DNA of 64,000 nucleotides, taken from Macrostomum hystrix. Taxonomy: Eukaryota > Animalia > Platyhelminthes. Shown in pieces: positions 26,301-38,600 of the stretch. Under the pieces are notes generated by a model. It did not search any database, was not told where the DNA came from, and was given only the letters and a program-made list of their open reading frames with translations. A program made the translations under genes and the position numbers. The stretch lies in contig CATNEN010000001.1 in NCBI GenBank assembly GCA_950097015.1, positions 14,756,001 through 14,820,000 of the forward strand, given 5' to 3'. Position 1 is the stretch's first letter; each line of letters begins with the position of its first letter.

Positions 26301-26436
26301 CAATGCAGCGATGACAGAAACTGTCGCCGCATGCGGCTGTGAATGGATTAACAAACACGCAGCCGCAGAGTCGGCACATCAGGCCCTCCGGCGGAGGCGA
26401 CACAAACACAATGGGCGGCGGGTCAGCTTCGGGATC
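20334..26436 (-). CDS. TRAF7: TRAF7-like E3 ubiquitin ligase (RING, TRAF zinc finger, coiled coil, WD40 repeats); exons complement(26289..26436, 25402..25874, 23365..23907, 22264..22839, 20334..20543); start exon unresolved, candidate ATG|GT at 27062..27064
   Basis: All junctions GT-AG and phase-consistent; LEFLRSMLG coiled coil, TFKCLGTFVGHRGPIWCL and [41 protein letters not shown] match recalled human TRAF7; ~650 aa. Confidence 0.93.
20600..22207. repeat. 24-bp minisatellite GATAATCCCACAAACTGAGGATCT (21-24-bp variants) filling the last TRAF7 intron
   Basis: Direct reading. Confidence 0.96.
22855..23342. repeat. 43-bp G-rich minisatellite in TRAF7 intron
   Basis: GAGTGTACATTAGGGGTAGGGAATATTGGGGTTGGACGGGAGC, period 43, ~11 copies. 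Confidence 0.95.
24020..24538. repeat. Degenerate ~35-bp minisatellite (TCCTGAAGAATCTAACCTGAAGATCTGAAGTAAT), resumes at 25281-25375 after a MITE insertion
   Basis: Direct reading. Confidence 0.85.
24539..25280. mobile_element. Non-autonomous hAT (Charlie/Buster-like) MITE carrying an internal 16-bp minisatellite (GAGACACGGGAGAGAT)
   Basis: TIRs TAGGGGTCGGCAAAC / GTTTGCCGGCCCCCTG; exact 8-bp TSD ATCTAAAG at 24531-24538 and 25281-25288; subterminal GGGCCGCATCTGGCCCG typical of hAT ends. Confidence 0.88.
25985..26227 (-). mobile_element. SINE family B (tRNA-derived, CORE-like central domain)
   Basis: A-box GTAGCCTA, B-box GGTTCGATTCCC, GCAAGAAACTTAACTCTGCATTGCTTCAGTTCATCCAGCTGTTAAATGGGTACC; homologous to 40022 and 53583 copies. 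Confidence 0.85.
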
Positions 26437-27217
26437 CTGAAATAATGCTATTTTCTATACATATCGGATAACAAATTGGAATATTGGACTAGCTAGTCAC
26501 ATCAATGTTTTATACTCCCACTCTTCTAAAAGGCTCCTTAGTGTTGCGTGCAAAAATAGCCAGATGCCTAACTGAATCAGAGGTCTATGCTTGAATGATT
26601 ATTCAAGGGTGTGGATTAACAACGCGCCCTGATGAGAGGTTTGCTAGTGGCGAGGTGATGAATTAGCCGTGTGTCGGATGGTGTTTGAAGGGTTTAGAAA
26701 ACTGGATTACGTCAAAAAAATATAACGAAATAAGAGAAATGTAACACCTCGCTAAAGAAAACAGTCTTCGTAGCAACCAATTTAAGAAAATGGTGTCTTA
26801 ACGAACGGCACAATGTTCTATTATTTAAAATAAGTCCATTTAGAATATTGCCAACGCGATATATTAAATATTCATATATTCAACTGACCGCTTGAAACCA
26901 GCAAAAGGCAAGTATGTTTTTTTCATTCTGCGATTTGGTTCGATTAGAATTTTTGGCCGATTAAAGGGTAAATGTTACAAATTCAAATTTCGCCAAAAAT
27001 GAAATAAAACGGTAAATTTTACAAGCCAAGGATAAAATGTTAGCAGAAAAGTGCAAAGTACCATAATACTACTCAGTATTGAAATCGTGTTCCTATATCC
27101 AAGACATGTCTTTGCCACTAGATTTTAGACTCGCGGTGGATATATGTGCGTGTGTCTGGCCTGGCGACTGTAAGGCACCCCATTCTACCCGGAATCCCAA
27201 ACCAGATCGTTTTCTTG

Positions 27218-27242
27218 AGAGAGAGAGAGAGAGAGAGAGAGA
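27218..27242. repeat. (GA)n microsatellite
   Basis: Direct reading. Confidence 0.9.
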
Positions 27243-30200
27243 AGGCGCGGACCAGAACCCTCCCCTGAGACCAATCTGTTCTGCAAAGTAGAGAGAATAG
27301 AGAAATAAGGAATACACTTGCTACAGACGACAAATGATCATGATTCAGATGGACCTACACAATACTACACACGTTGTTAAGTCAAAGAGATATAAGGATA
27401 TGATTATAAATATTGTCTATCACACAAATGATAGCATAGCGAATGAATCCTTCCTTTACTAAAAAAATCTATTCGGCCTATTCATTTCTTTTATATCAAT
27501 TGGCGAGTGGAACTAACAAAATACAGCGAAATGTAAGATACTGAGTAGGAAAACTGTTTAGAGTTGGTATCATGCATTATTAATTGGACAAACTGGAGTC
27601 GACCGTGAGCACTGCTTGTCAGATAAGGATTTAAGGCTTCCTGCAAGTTACGAGCAGCTTTCATGGGTTCGCTTCATAACTTACTCGAAGCATGATTTGG
27701 TAATTTATAATTAGCCTAGTCTATAGATAAGAGGGATAAATTTTATGGACTTAAAGAGCCAATATTACTTTATGATACTGGATTATCAATATAGTTCTAG
27801 TTATTCTTTGAGACAGAGAAACTTCAAGCAACAGGCATAGTCGCTATCAACATGCACGGCTCAAATTGAGTAGAAAAAAACAGCTCTTATATACGCGGAA
27901 CATACTATTACTACTGGGGCAGAACCCCAGTGAGTAGCTCAGTATTAGTAAAAAGAAGGAAATTGGAAACTGACAGAGAAATCTAAATAGAGCCAGGTGC
28001 AGACAGGTGTAGTGTTAGGATAGGAAAGGCGGTTGGTGGCAAAAAATTCTAGGGGAGCTATGGCAAGCTCCAAGATTGGGAAAGCATTCGCGCGTATTTG
28101 CTCTGGCAAGCCCGGGTAAAAAGCTCGACTAGCTGCATTAGCTTCCAGAGCTTTTTATTCGGACCTTATATATTGCACTAGCACGCGAATTATGCATTTG
28201 TCTACTGACCGGTCGTGGGGCCTAAGGGAGGAAAATTTTGTTTTGTCATAAACCAAAGAAAGATCACAGTAATACCAGACTAGAAAGTGAATAATTTCGT
28301 ATTGACAACAAACAAGGCGGCACTAACACTCGCCACTACTCAAGATTTACGGGTAGGTACAGCAGAAGGGCAATTAATCAATTTTCTCGCTTCACTGTTT
28401 TTTAAGCCGTCGTTAAGCCGCTGGCCAGTGAGCCAAGGCGAACAGCTGGAAAAAATTTTCGTCCACTCTTTGACTACTCATTTTACTAACGCCTGAGACG
28501 CCACATCCGAAGGCTTTTTATGAGGCCAAGGGTGAAGAGTAACTCATTGCTAGAGTCCCAAGAGGATTTGTCCGGCAACCCTTGCTAGTTTTTTTCTGTT
28601 CTAAGGCAAGAAGAAGCAATTATTGTTGCTTTTTATTAGTCTTTTTTAACTCAAACGACAGACATTTTTCTACAAGCGCATAGAAACTGTACGTCTCATA
28701 ATGCTAAAAAGTTCAGATCTACCAGGGTACAGTAACTGCATTTTTTGTCTTCCAGAAACGTTTGTAGTAAAAATCCCCAAAAGGCAAGCTAAAAAAAACT
28801 GCGTTCGCTAGACAAGGCAAAAATAATGCAACCGTAGTATAACAAAAGAGAAAAATAGCTTCTAAAGTAAACTAAACCAGAAGCATTGGACGACATCGCG
28901 GAATCTCTACTTGGTTAAGTATGTTTTATCCACGCACGCATAATCGAATCGGTGGGTGAAGCTGGCTCTAATTTTCTCCGGATTAGCCTCTGGGGAAAAA
29001 TATGCACAGAGAGCTAGAGGGAGACAAGCAAGCAGGAAACATGGGCGAAAAATAGAGGCTGAGAACTTGAAGAGTGCAGACAAAAAGAGGCCAATTTTCA
29101 AAGTTGTATCCTTTCATAAAACTAAGGGAAAAATGGAAGTCTCAGCGAGTTGACAAAGAAAAAAAACTCGACGCCGAAAAAGAAAATTACTCACTCACTA
29201 ATCTGATGTCGGGGAAAAGCTAGTTAAACTTAAAGCTATCATGGCCACCGAACGCTTTGAAAAAAAACGTCTAAATTATTGTGCCAATTATCTCTAGCCC
29301 AATGATGATGAATTCCTGATCTCGAATTTCAATTCGAATTTGAACAGTATAAGAAAAGAAATTGATTTACAGTTTAGAACTAAGTCCCGAAGATTAAAGT
29401 AGCCATTTAATTACTCACAAGACTGACTGCAAGAGATCAAAAGACAGGTCTGACGTTTGCGAAATGAACGGAAATGGAATGATGTGGAGATCGACAGAGA
29501 ATCCAAATGAAAGAAAAAGAGGGCAGAATAGTCTGCATGATGGTCCATTAGGTTTTAAAGCATAAAATTTCTGCCCCTGAAGTTGTTTAGCTTTATGTCT
29601 TTTCTCTTCTACTTGAAATAAAAAGGCATATACAGATGGGATTTAATTTCTAGTGAAAGTATTTTTCGGGCATCCAGAGCGCGAAAGACTCGCATCCAGA
29701 TTTCCTGTGCGTGCGAATTCTGGCTGACATTTTCATCTGTCAAGCGAACCCATACCATTTGAAGCATTGGGTGTGGTGATGGTGACTACTGGACAGATCA
29801 GTGAAATGTATACACACGAGGGACTAAGCGTCACTTTTTTTCCTCCTTACTTACACCCTTACTTTTTTATAGTAGAAAATCTACCAAACAATTTGCGAAA
29901 TATCGGACCCGAGATTTTGCCCCGACATACAATGTGATGATGCATTACCTTATTAATGGAATGATTTAAAACGAGATAATCCAACCAAACGGCGAGGTTA
30001 AACTTATACAAGTACTTTTGCACTGGTAAGAGAAAAGTTAAAATGCTTTGAGGCTATTGAAGGAAATCGCAGATCAGCTAGAAACTTAAATCGCCAATAG
30101 AGGCTAAAAGGAGTGGCTAGTTGTGCTTATTACACTACATTACCGTGTCCCCACCACAGAGACAGAGTAGTAAGAGGCTATTGTGCTGCAATATCGGCCT

Positions 30201-30536
30201 TATTCTTTCATGGAATGCTATAGTTGGCCCATAGCCAGACGTGGCTTTCTAGCCAATTACACTGCACGAATCGAGCTATTGGATCGTTCGTCTTACTTGC
30301 TGCTGAAGAAAAAATTGAAGAAAAGACAAGAGCCAGTGAGTGGCAGCAGTTGGCCTAGAAAGTGGAGCATTTTCTCAGAACCGAAGCCTTTTAAATGACA
30401 GTTGCATGATTGCAACAATTTAGGAAAGTCAAAACTTCTCAAAATGAAGCGCTCTTTAGCAGATAAAATAATTTTGTGATTCGGCTAAGCTTCGGCTACT
30501 TCCACGAAAGAAGAGTCAAGTTTTTAAAAGCTAAAA

Positions 30537-32234
30537 ATGACCCAAGTGAGGCGAGGCGACACTGCTTACGAGATGGGTCCTTGCCTTGGCAAAGGCGGCT
30601 TCGGAATCTGCTACAAGGCTGTGGAACGATCGCTAGCGTCAGGATTAGCAAGCAGTGAACGCGTGGTTGCTATTAAGAAAATAAACCAGCAAATGATCAA
30701 GGAAGCAGCGAAGGAGCCATACCTGAGATATGAGATCGCGCTGCATAGTCAGCTAAGACACAGGAATGTTGCTGAACTATTTTCAACATTCTCTAACGAC
30801 GACAGTATCTACTTTGTTCTGGAATACTGCAACAAGAAGTCACTGGCAGACATAATAGTAAGGGTAACCAGCTTCCCGATCGACCTCGCAGCGTACTACT
30901 TCTATCAGCTGATGACCGGCCTTAAGTACATTCACGGATGCCGAATACTTCACAGAGATCTGAAGCTTAGCAACATTCTTGTCGACGCTGATGATGTGGT
31001 CAAAATTACGGATTTTGGATTGTCCTGCACAATGACGAGAAGCTATCTGGAGCGGCATTTGTCTTGCGGCACACCAAACTACCTGAGTCCTGAAGTCCTG
31101 CTGAGACAGGGCCACACAGCCAAGTCCGATGTGTGGTCTTGTGGGGTTGTGCTCTACACAATGTTCGGTGGAATTCCACCATTCCAGGCCGAAGAAATAC
31201 TAGAAATCTATCGAAACATTGTGACAGGAAGCTATCAATTCACAAAGTTTCACAACGATGATCACCTGAAGCATTTGATCTCTCTACTACTCCAACTAGA
31301 TCCGGAAGAGAGGCCTGATCTGGACGATATTTTGCAGCACGAGTTCACCAGATACAGCGAGCAATACGAGCGTCAGTTAACGCAAGAAGCTAACACGTCT
31401 ACGCGGTGCGCCAATCTAGGTCGCGGCTCCAGCGCCAATGCAATGTCGAAAAGTCTAACCAGCATATTTGCCAAATCGAAACCAGATGCTAGTAACGGTT
31501 CAAAGCACGGAAACAAAGCTAGTGCTCGCTCGCCTGAAGTTCGAAGATGCACAAACGGTGTTCCACGCAGCCAGACAGTTGTGGACGTGAAGCTGCTGCG
31601 AACAACCAACCTGCTGCAATATTTCCGAGCTAGACCAGCATGGAATAAACGGGCTAACGAGTTCCAAGCTGGATGGGTTACCTGGTGGCGCGACAAGACA
31701 GCCACAGTCGGCTTCTACTACCAGCTATCCACGGGTTACAATTGTGCTATGTACAATGATCATACTAGCTGCCTGCATCACGCAGAAACAGATCGAGCTT
31801 ATTTTCTTAATCTGCAATCAAATCGACGACTGCACAGCGAAGAGTCGGCAAAGCTGGACACCGTGAACAAATTTTATGAGCCAATGCTGAGAGATGTGAT
31901 CGAAGAGTTCCAAGATATTTCACCGATGAGCCAACTCGGAGAACAGATCAGCTGGGTCAGTCAGTATAGCAAACACGTTGGAGAGTCTGTAGACTACCTT
32001 ATTAAATTTTCTACTCATTGCGATAAAACCTATCGCGTCTTCTACCTGTCAGATGAGTCCATCCAGGTGAACTTTGCCTCTGCATTCGTGCTTCGAATGT
32101 GTGGTCGCCTGTGCTATTTCTATCAGCCAGCTGGTCGCAGCTTCTTAATTGAATCCAAACCCCTGGACATCTGGTGTTTTCAGGAGATCAACAACGAACT
32201 AGTTGATGTGCTTTGCGATATATTCCTATCATAA
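30537..32234 (+). CDS. PLK: Divergent polo-like kinase, intronless, 565 aa (kinase domain + two polo boxes)
   Basis: GKGGFGIC (PLK-type Cys), VAIK, HRDLKLSN, DFG, CGTPNYLSPE; PB1-like WVTWWRDK..VGFYYQLSTG...YNDHT; PB2-like FYLSDESIQVNF; AATAAA at 32289. Confidence 0.9.
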   Translation: MTQVRRGDTAYEMGPCLGKGGFGICYKAVERSLASGLASSERVVAIKKINQQMIKEAAKEPYLRYEIALHSQLRHRNVAELFSTFSNDDSIYFVLEYCNKKSLADIIVRVTSFPIDLAAYYFYQLMTGLKYIHGCRILHRDLKLSNILVDADDVVKITDFGLSCTMTRSYLERHLSCGTPNYLSPEVLLRQGHTAKSDVWSCGVVLYTMFGGIPPFQAEEILEIYRNIVTGSYQFTKFHNDDHLKHLISLLLQLDPEERPDLDDILQHEFTRYSEQYERQLTQEANTSTRCANLGRGSSANAMSKSLTSIFAKSKPDASNGSKHGNKASARSPEVRRCTNGVPRSQTVVDVKLLRTTNLLQYFRARPAWNKRANEFQAGWVTWWRDKTATVGFYYQLSTGYNCAMYNDHTSCLHHAETDRAYFLNLQSNRRLHSEESAKLDTVNKFYEPMLRDVIEEFQDISPMSQLGEQISWVSQYSKHVGESVDYLIKFSTHCDKTYRVFYLSDESIQVNFASAFVLRMCGRLCYFYQPAGRSFLIESKPLDIWCFQEINNELVDVLCDIFLS

Positions 32235-35054
32235 CTTTAATCGAAACCAGCAATTCATTTCAATGTACGAATTTTACAGGCAATCGTCAATAAACTTGTA
32301 CATATAACGAATTGCAGCTAAAGTTTATAGAAAATAAGCTGAAAGGCATCTGTTGCAACTTTTTTTCATTCGGCACAATTTAATTTCTACAGATTTGCAA
32401 GTTTAGAATTAGTTTAGATCAAGCTTGGATGAAACAGAAGCTTAACAAATTGCATTATGAAAAGAAAACGAAGACTTTTTCATACTACTGAGTTAGTAGT
32501 ATGAAACGTTTAAAGAGCTATGTAAGTAATGTAACTGACGAGTAATGTAACCATGAGTAATGTAGCTTTTAAAATGTAACGAAATAAAAATACTTCAGTG
32601 ACTATTATAGTACGAGTATAATACTATGCATAGAGTGTACAAATGGTTGAAAAGTACATATAACATAGTAAATAATTATAGCAAAATATTTATATTTATA
32701 GAAGAACTGTTTTCTGTTCTATTATAAAAATAAGTTTAAATTAAACAAAAACTGAGAGAAACATAAAATATTATAGATAAAAATGTGCTGATTTTTATGG
32801 CTTACAGACAGATGTAACCCCAAAAATCATTAAAGACTTATAGCCAGACCTTGCTATAATTCTATAAAGGATCTGATAGCAATCATTAGTTTCACATGTG
32901 TAATTCATATTAATTTTTTAAAAGTTTTAAAATAAATGTACACTGTTTCTTTATAAAAATAAAAATGTAAGAAAAATATGAAACTATGCATGACTAACAA
33001 CAAACAAATAACAATCAACAAGCCAATTACATGTTATAGCAGTGTGCTCTAATGGAATGGACTCCAATAAAATAATAGTGTGCCACCCAGAAAATATTGT
33101 TGCCTATGGTGAAGGCAAGGCAAGCTAACAGGGCAATAATGACATTATATTGCTTGTTAGTCCCTCCTGCCCCTTCTCTTTCTCTTTCACTTGGGTTTTG
33201 GCCATAGACAGCTCATCACTGCTACAACATTAATAAACTCATCCAACATCATCCTTGGAGCTACTCAGACAGTCAGAGCTGTGCAAGTCTTGGACAAATA
33301 TTAAAATTATCATCAAATTGACTAACTGTGAAAGTAATAGACTGTTTAATGTTCTTGAATGCTAGCTTATATGCTTATGCACTTTTCACCACTATCTACA
33401 TGCACTAATGCAGGTTTTGAATTGAGAGTTAAAGGTTGTGAATAGTTTAGAAAATTGCTTAACCACTGCTAATTGTACCCTCTAGGCCTTTACACTGCCA
33501 AACCAGGGTGCTTTGTGCCTATATTGTGAGTTGTGCATCTCTAGTACAATATACCTTAACTGTCAGTAATAAACCCCAGTATACATTTTTGATTGCCAAT
33601 GCAGTCCAAAAGGAGGTCCTTCCCTTTCAAGGACATGCCTGCTATGATGTAGAAAGACTATCTCTGCTTCTGGCTGTTCCATTGGCTATACTTCAGGCTC
33701 AGGAGATGACACCTTCATATTTTCCTATGGCTCAATAGATGGACCAAAATCAGTTGCATAAAGCTTTAGTAGCTAAGCTAAAGCCAAATTAGCAAAATTT
33801 TTGGGAGTTGGCATACGATGAGTATTTTTGGTGCACAAAAAAATTGGAAACTTTAATTCAGCATTCACCATGCCCTGACTATATACTAGCTGGATGTCTT
33901 AAATAGTATAATACCTTACTCAAAAGCTCCGAATTGCAACAAAATTGAATATAATATTATTTTAAGTATTTCTATTTATATAGCGTTTTTCATTTTTAAA
34001 CAATCTCATGTAGAAAGTTTGTGAAAGGATTTGATGATAATTCCATTCCAGTCTTAGTTATGAGTCATTAACAGAGCCATAATTAGTTGTTATTGAAGTG
34101 GCTGTCACCTAAGGTAGATTATGACTGCAGTAAAAAAACAATAAGAACTTCGCAATGTATAAACATAAATAACCTGCGTTACTAATACAAATATCACATT
34201 CACATTATGGCAAAAAAAAGATTTTTTAAATAACGACCATTTATATTCTAACTATTAACGTTTCAATATGTTTAAATAAAGCTAATATAACAGTTTTAAC
34301 ATCTATTGCAGCATTCTAGAACCAGAAAGACTAACGAAAATAACGATCTCTCATTCCTTGATTTGTTCGTAATTTCGTAAAAATAACTCAAAGTGTTCTT
34401 GGAAACATGCGAACTAAATAGTGCGCACGTTTGGAATAAAAACAAATATAAAGGAATGCCGAAATACAAAATAGCATTTCAGAAAAATAGTGCGTTTAAA
34501 TTGATTAGGATAAAAAATAATACTTTAAATAAAAACTTACATGGCCTGTGTACTAAAATGTTTAAATTAACGAATGCTTCTAAGTAAACAAATTATCGCG
34601 CATTGTTGCATTATATGCATTATGTATGTAGCATGCTGGAATTCTGGAATCTTGTTACGATATAAAGTTACGGCGAGCTAATTTTTAGTTATGAATTTAT
34701 ACCTAACTAGAATCTTGTTATCTGTCTCTTTTTATTATGTACTATTTTATCGACCAGCTTAGTTGGCAACTTGCCAGCACACTGGTAGCAGCAACTCAGG
34801 CCTAGCAAGTATATTTATTATTTTTCTATTATTGGAATATTGGTGTCTTTTAACTTATAATACAAATCATTCGTTATATTTAATATGTTATGTGTTATAA
34901 AATATGTTACATTGTTATTATTCATAAAGGTATAAAAAATTCAAAATGATTCTTCCTCATTCAAAAATAAATAATAAAATAGGCCTAGTCTAATTTTCAC
35001 AAAACCAACATTTAAATATAAAGCTAAAGCATGAAAACTTGCTAAGAATTAGTT

Positions 35055-35245
35055 TTTTTACCACAGTATTTTTGCTTATGGTCATTTTGCCCATGGTATT
35101 TTTGCATAAAGTATTTTTGTGGCAGTCATTTTGTTAGCAGTCAAATTGTCTACATTTAAAATTTCTATTGTCATTTTGTCAACAGTCAAATTGTCCCTAG
35201 TCAAATTACCATAGTAAAATTGTGCTTGTCAAATTTTGAAGACCC
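35055..35245. repeat. Degenerate ~15-bp periodic repeat (GTCATTTTG/GTCAAATTG), probably a transposon subterminal array
   Basis: Periodic motif visible; origin inferred. Confidence 0.5.
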
Positions 35246-35671
35246 AGCCTAGCAAAGAACAAAATTAGCTATTTCAAGTACCTTAAAATTTACCAATTCA
35301 GTATTTTAGTAATGAGCATAGTTAATAATTGTATTATTGAATGATGTAAAATAATATATATTGTTAGGCCCCCTAGTTTAGTGCAATAATATTGTTTCAA
35401 GGATATAACAGAAGATAAATTTGTGTTCTAGCAATAGGGAAACATATATCATATGTTGTAGTTGGCACATTAATGCCATACTTAACTAACAGTCTAGTAA
35501 GCATTGTAAGCATTGTTTAATATACATATTATATAATATATGTATTCTCTAGCGACTGATATTTTCTAGTAAAAATGCACCATGCGAAAGTTTATCAATC
35601 AATAAATATTTTGGGCATATATTGAATATATTAATTGTCCTATATTTTGCAGTTGCAATTAATGTGAAAGC

Positions 35672-38600
35672 ATGAACAGAGTTGACTGCAATCCACCACA
35701 ATTATCTGTTGGCTTGGGCGCCATTCTAACATCCAATAGTGGCACCGATTTTGTCAACAGTAGTACTAGCAGTAGTACTAGCAGTAGTAGCAGCAGCTCC
35801 AGCACCAATAATACTAGCAGAAGCAGCAACAACTTTCAAATCCAACAACAACAACAACAACAACAGCACGATACTACAGACATTGACAGTCTAGCAGTTG
35901 TTGGCGAAGCTGCTAGGATGGTGTCAGGCCGCTCGGCTCCGACCGACTCCGCAGCCGGTCCAGAGCTTCGAACGCAGCGCGGATTCTCCTGCGCATTCGA
36001 CGAAGTGTTGGCATCGAATCGCGCCGCTGTGCAGGCTGCGAATGTTCCAGGCAGGCGGGTTGGCAACAGCGGAGTCGCTGGCGGCAGGCATCACGGCGTT
36101 AACGGTGTTGCCTATTCTGGTGGCGCTGGTTCAGCTGGTTCAGGCGGCCCAAGTGGCGCCAGTGGCAGTTATTCGTTTATATTGCCTGATCTGTCGGCTC
36201 ATCCGTTGGAGTTTAGAGCATTCTTAGAGAAGGAGCTGCTGGACACTGGCACTCTGGTTAACTTGGAGCAGGCTGGATGTCTTAACTGGTGGTAAGTTGT
36301 ATTGCTATACACGCTGTATCATTAGAAAATAAAAGTTCAAAAGGTAAAGGTGTTGTACCAGAGAGCTTTCTTATGATAAGTTGGATTTCTGCTGTGTGAA
36401 TTTTAGCCTTTTTAAAGTTTGAACTTAGCAATCAACAAGCTTTATAGTACAGTGTCCAAACATCTTAAGAGTGTAAGGTAGAGTACCAGTGAGCTGTAGA
36501 GTGACAGGCAGAGGATCAGTCAGCTGTAGAGTGACAGGCAGAGGATCAGTCAGCTGTAGAGTGACAGGCAGAGGATCAGTCAGCTGTAGAGTGACATGCA
36601 GAGGATCAGTCAGCTGTAGAGTGACAGGCAGAGGATCAGTCAGCTGTAGAGTGACAGGCAGAGGATCAGTCAGCTGTAGAGTGACAGGCTGAGGATCAGT
36701 CAGCTGTAGAGTGACAGGCTGAGGATCGGTCAGCTGTAGAGTGACAGGCAGAGGATCAGTCAGTTGTAGAGTGACAGGCAGAGGATCAGTCAGCTGTAGA
36801 GTGACAGGCAGAGGATCAGTCAGCTGTAGAGTGACAGGCACACATGGAAGCTACAAAGTCACTCTGCCGGCACTCCTACCCCACCTAAGGCACGACCTGG
36901 GCCTATCCCAACGCCTGTGGCCTCTTCAAACCAGCGGCGATGGCAACTGTCTGCTGCACGCAGTCAGCCTGAGCAGTCTTGGCTTTCACGATCGTCAGCT
37001 TGTGTTTCGCAGCGCCCTACACGAGTACCTGCTAGCTCACAGTGCTGCAGTCTATCGCCGATGGCGTTGGCAAACTGCCCGCGAGCTGTATCGATCTACC
37101 GGCCTGCGGCTCAGTGAAACCGAATGGCAAGTGGAATGGAAGTCTCTGCTCCAACTGGCTAGTACCCAGCCCAAGCAGCAGCAGCAGCAATCTACTCAGC
37201 TTGGCCAGCAACAGCAGCATCAGCTAGACTCACTAGAAGAGATTCACGTATTCGTAGCCGCAAACGTGTTTCGCAGGCCAATCCTGGTCATAGCTGATCA
37301 GTTTGTCAAAGATGCCGATGGTGATAATTTGGCGCCAATTCCATTTGCTGGGATTTATCTGCCGCTATTGGAGAAGCCTGAGCACTGCTCAAAGCATCCG
37401 GTTCTATTAGCCTACGATGCTGCTCATTTCTCGGCACTAGTACCTATGGAGGCCTCGCCTGGTTCGGATGCAGCTCGCCTGCCCTACGCTGTGCCCCTGT
37501 GCTGCTGCGATCTGCGCACTCCTCTGCCATTGCACTTTAGCACTGACCCCGGCACGCACTGGAAATGGTCGTCTAAATCTGCCGCCGCCGCTATTGTGGG
37601 CGATTCTACGCCGGCCGATGTGGAGATCGGCGGCCGCCTGCGCGCTAAGCTTCTGGCCGCTTATCTAAGGTGTTCGGCTTTGAGACTGCCGACAGCTGTA
37701 GTTGCTCCCGCTGCTGTTGCTGCCGCCACCTTGCCGCCGCAGACTCGTCTCGCCCGTTCTGGTAGCTCAGTTGGCAACGTAGCCTTAGCTGAATCATCTT
37801 CAATGGCTATTACCGCTGCTGCTGCATCGGGGGAGACTTCGGCTGTTGAGTTTGAAGACGTTTTCGACCAGAAGCAGCAGCAGCAGCATTCGCAGAAGCA
37901 CGCTTTTCTGCAGCAAAGATCCGCGACGCTGGACGGTCGGCGAATGCGACTCGGTGGGCCTGGCAGTGAATTATTTCCTGGCGACTTGGTGAGCTGCTTA
38001 TAGCCTATCAGATAAGAAACCTGTCTTGTTTTATCTATGAGATTTGACACCTAAATCTCGCATGACGTTTGACACCTCTCTTAATTGGTCCCCTAAAGAT
38101 AAGGCACCTGTCATCATTCGGTCTCCTATGAAATTTGGAATATGCCTCACTTAATCTCCTATGAGATTAGACATTAACCTCACTTGATCTACTATGAGAT
38201 TAGACATTAACCTCTCTTGATCTCCTATGAGATTAGACATTAACCTCACTTGATCTCCTATGAGATTAGACATTAGCCTCAGTTGATCTCCTATGAGATT
38301 AGACATTAGCTTCAGTTGATCTCCTATGAGATTGGACATTAACCTCACTTGGTCTCCTATGAGATTAGACATTAGCCTCACTTGATCTACTATGAGATTA
38401 GACATTAACCTCACTTGATCTACTATGAGATTAGACATTAACCTCACTTGATCTCCTATGAGATTGGACATTAACCTCACTTGATCTCCTATGAGATTAG
38501 ACATTAGCCTTACTTGATCTCCTATGAGATTAGGCATTAGCCTCAGTTGATCTCCTATGAGATTGGACATTAGCCTCAGTTGATCTCCTATGAGATTGGA

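Noticed and set aside
29190-29860. Extra minus-strand TRAF7 5' exons suggested by GTGAGT/GTAAGT donors
   Set aside because: No coding signal, and they cannot be linked without transcript data
36425-36889. N-terminal extension of the OTUD7 exon 2 ORF and the antisense PVTLQLTDPL ORF
   Set aside because: 30-bp intronic repeat; the true acceptor at 36889 restores the conserved NWW-to-QRL junction
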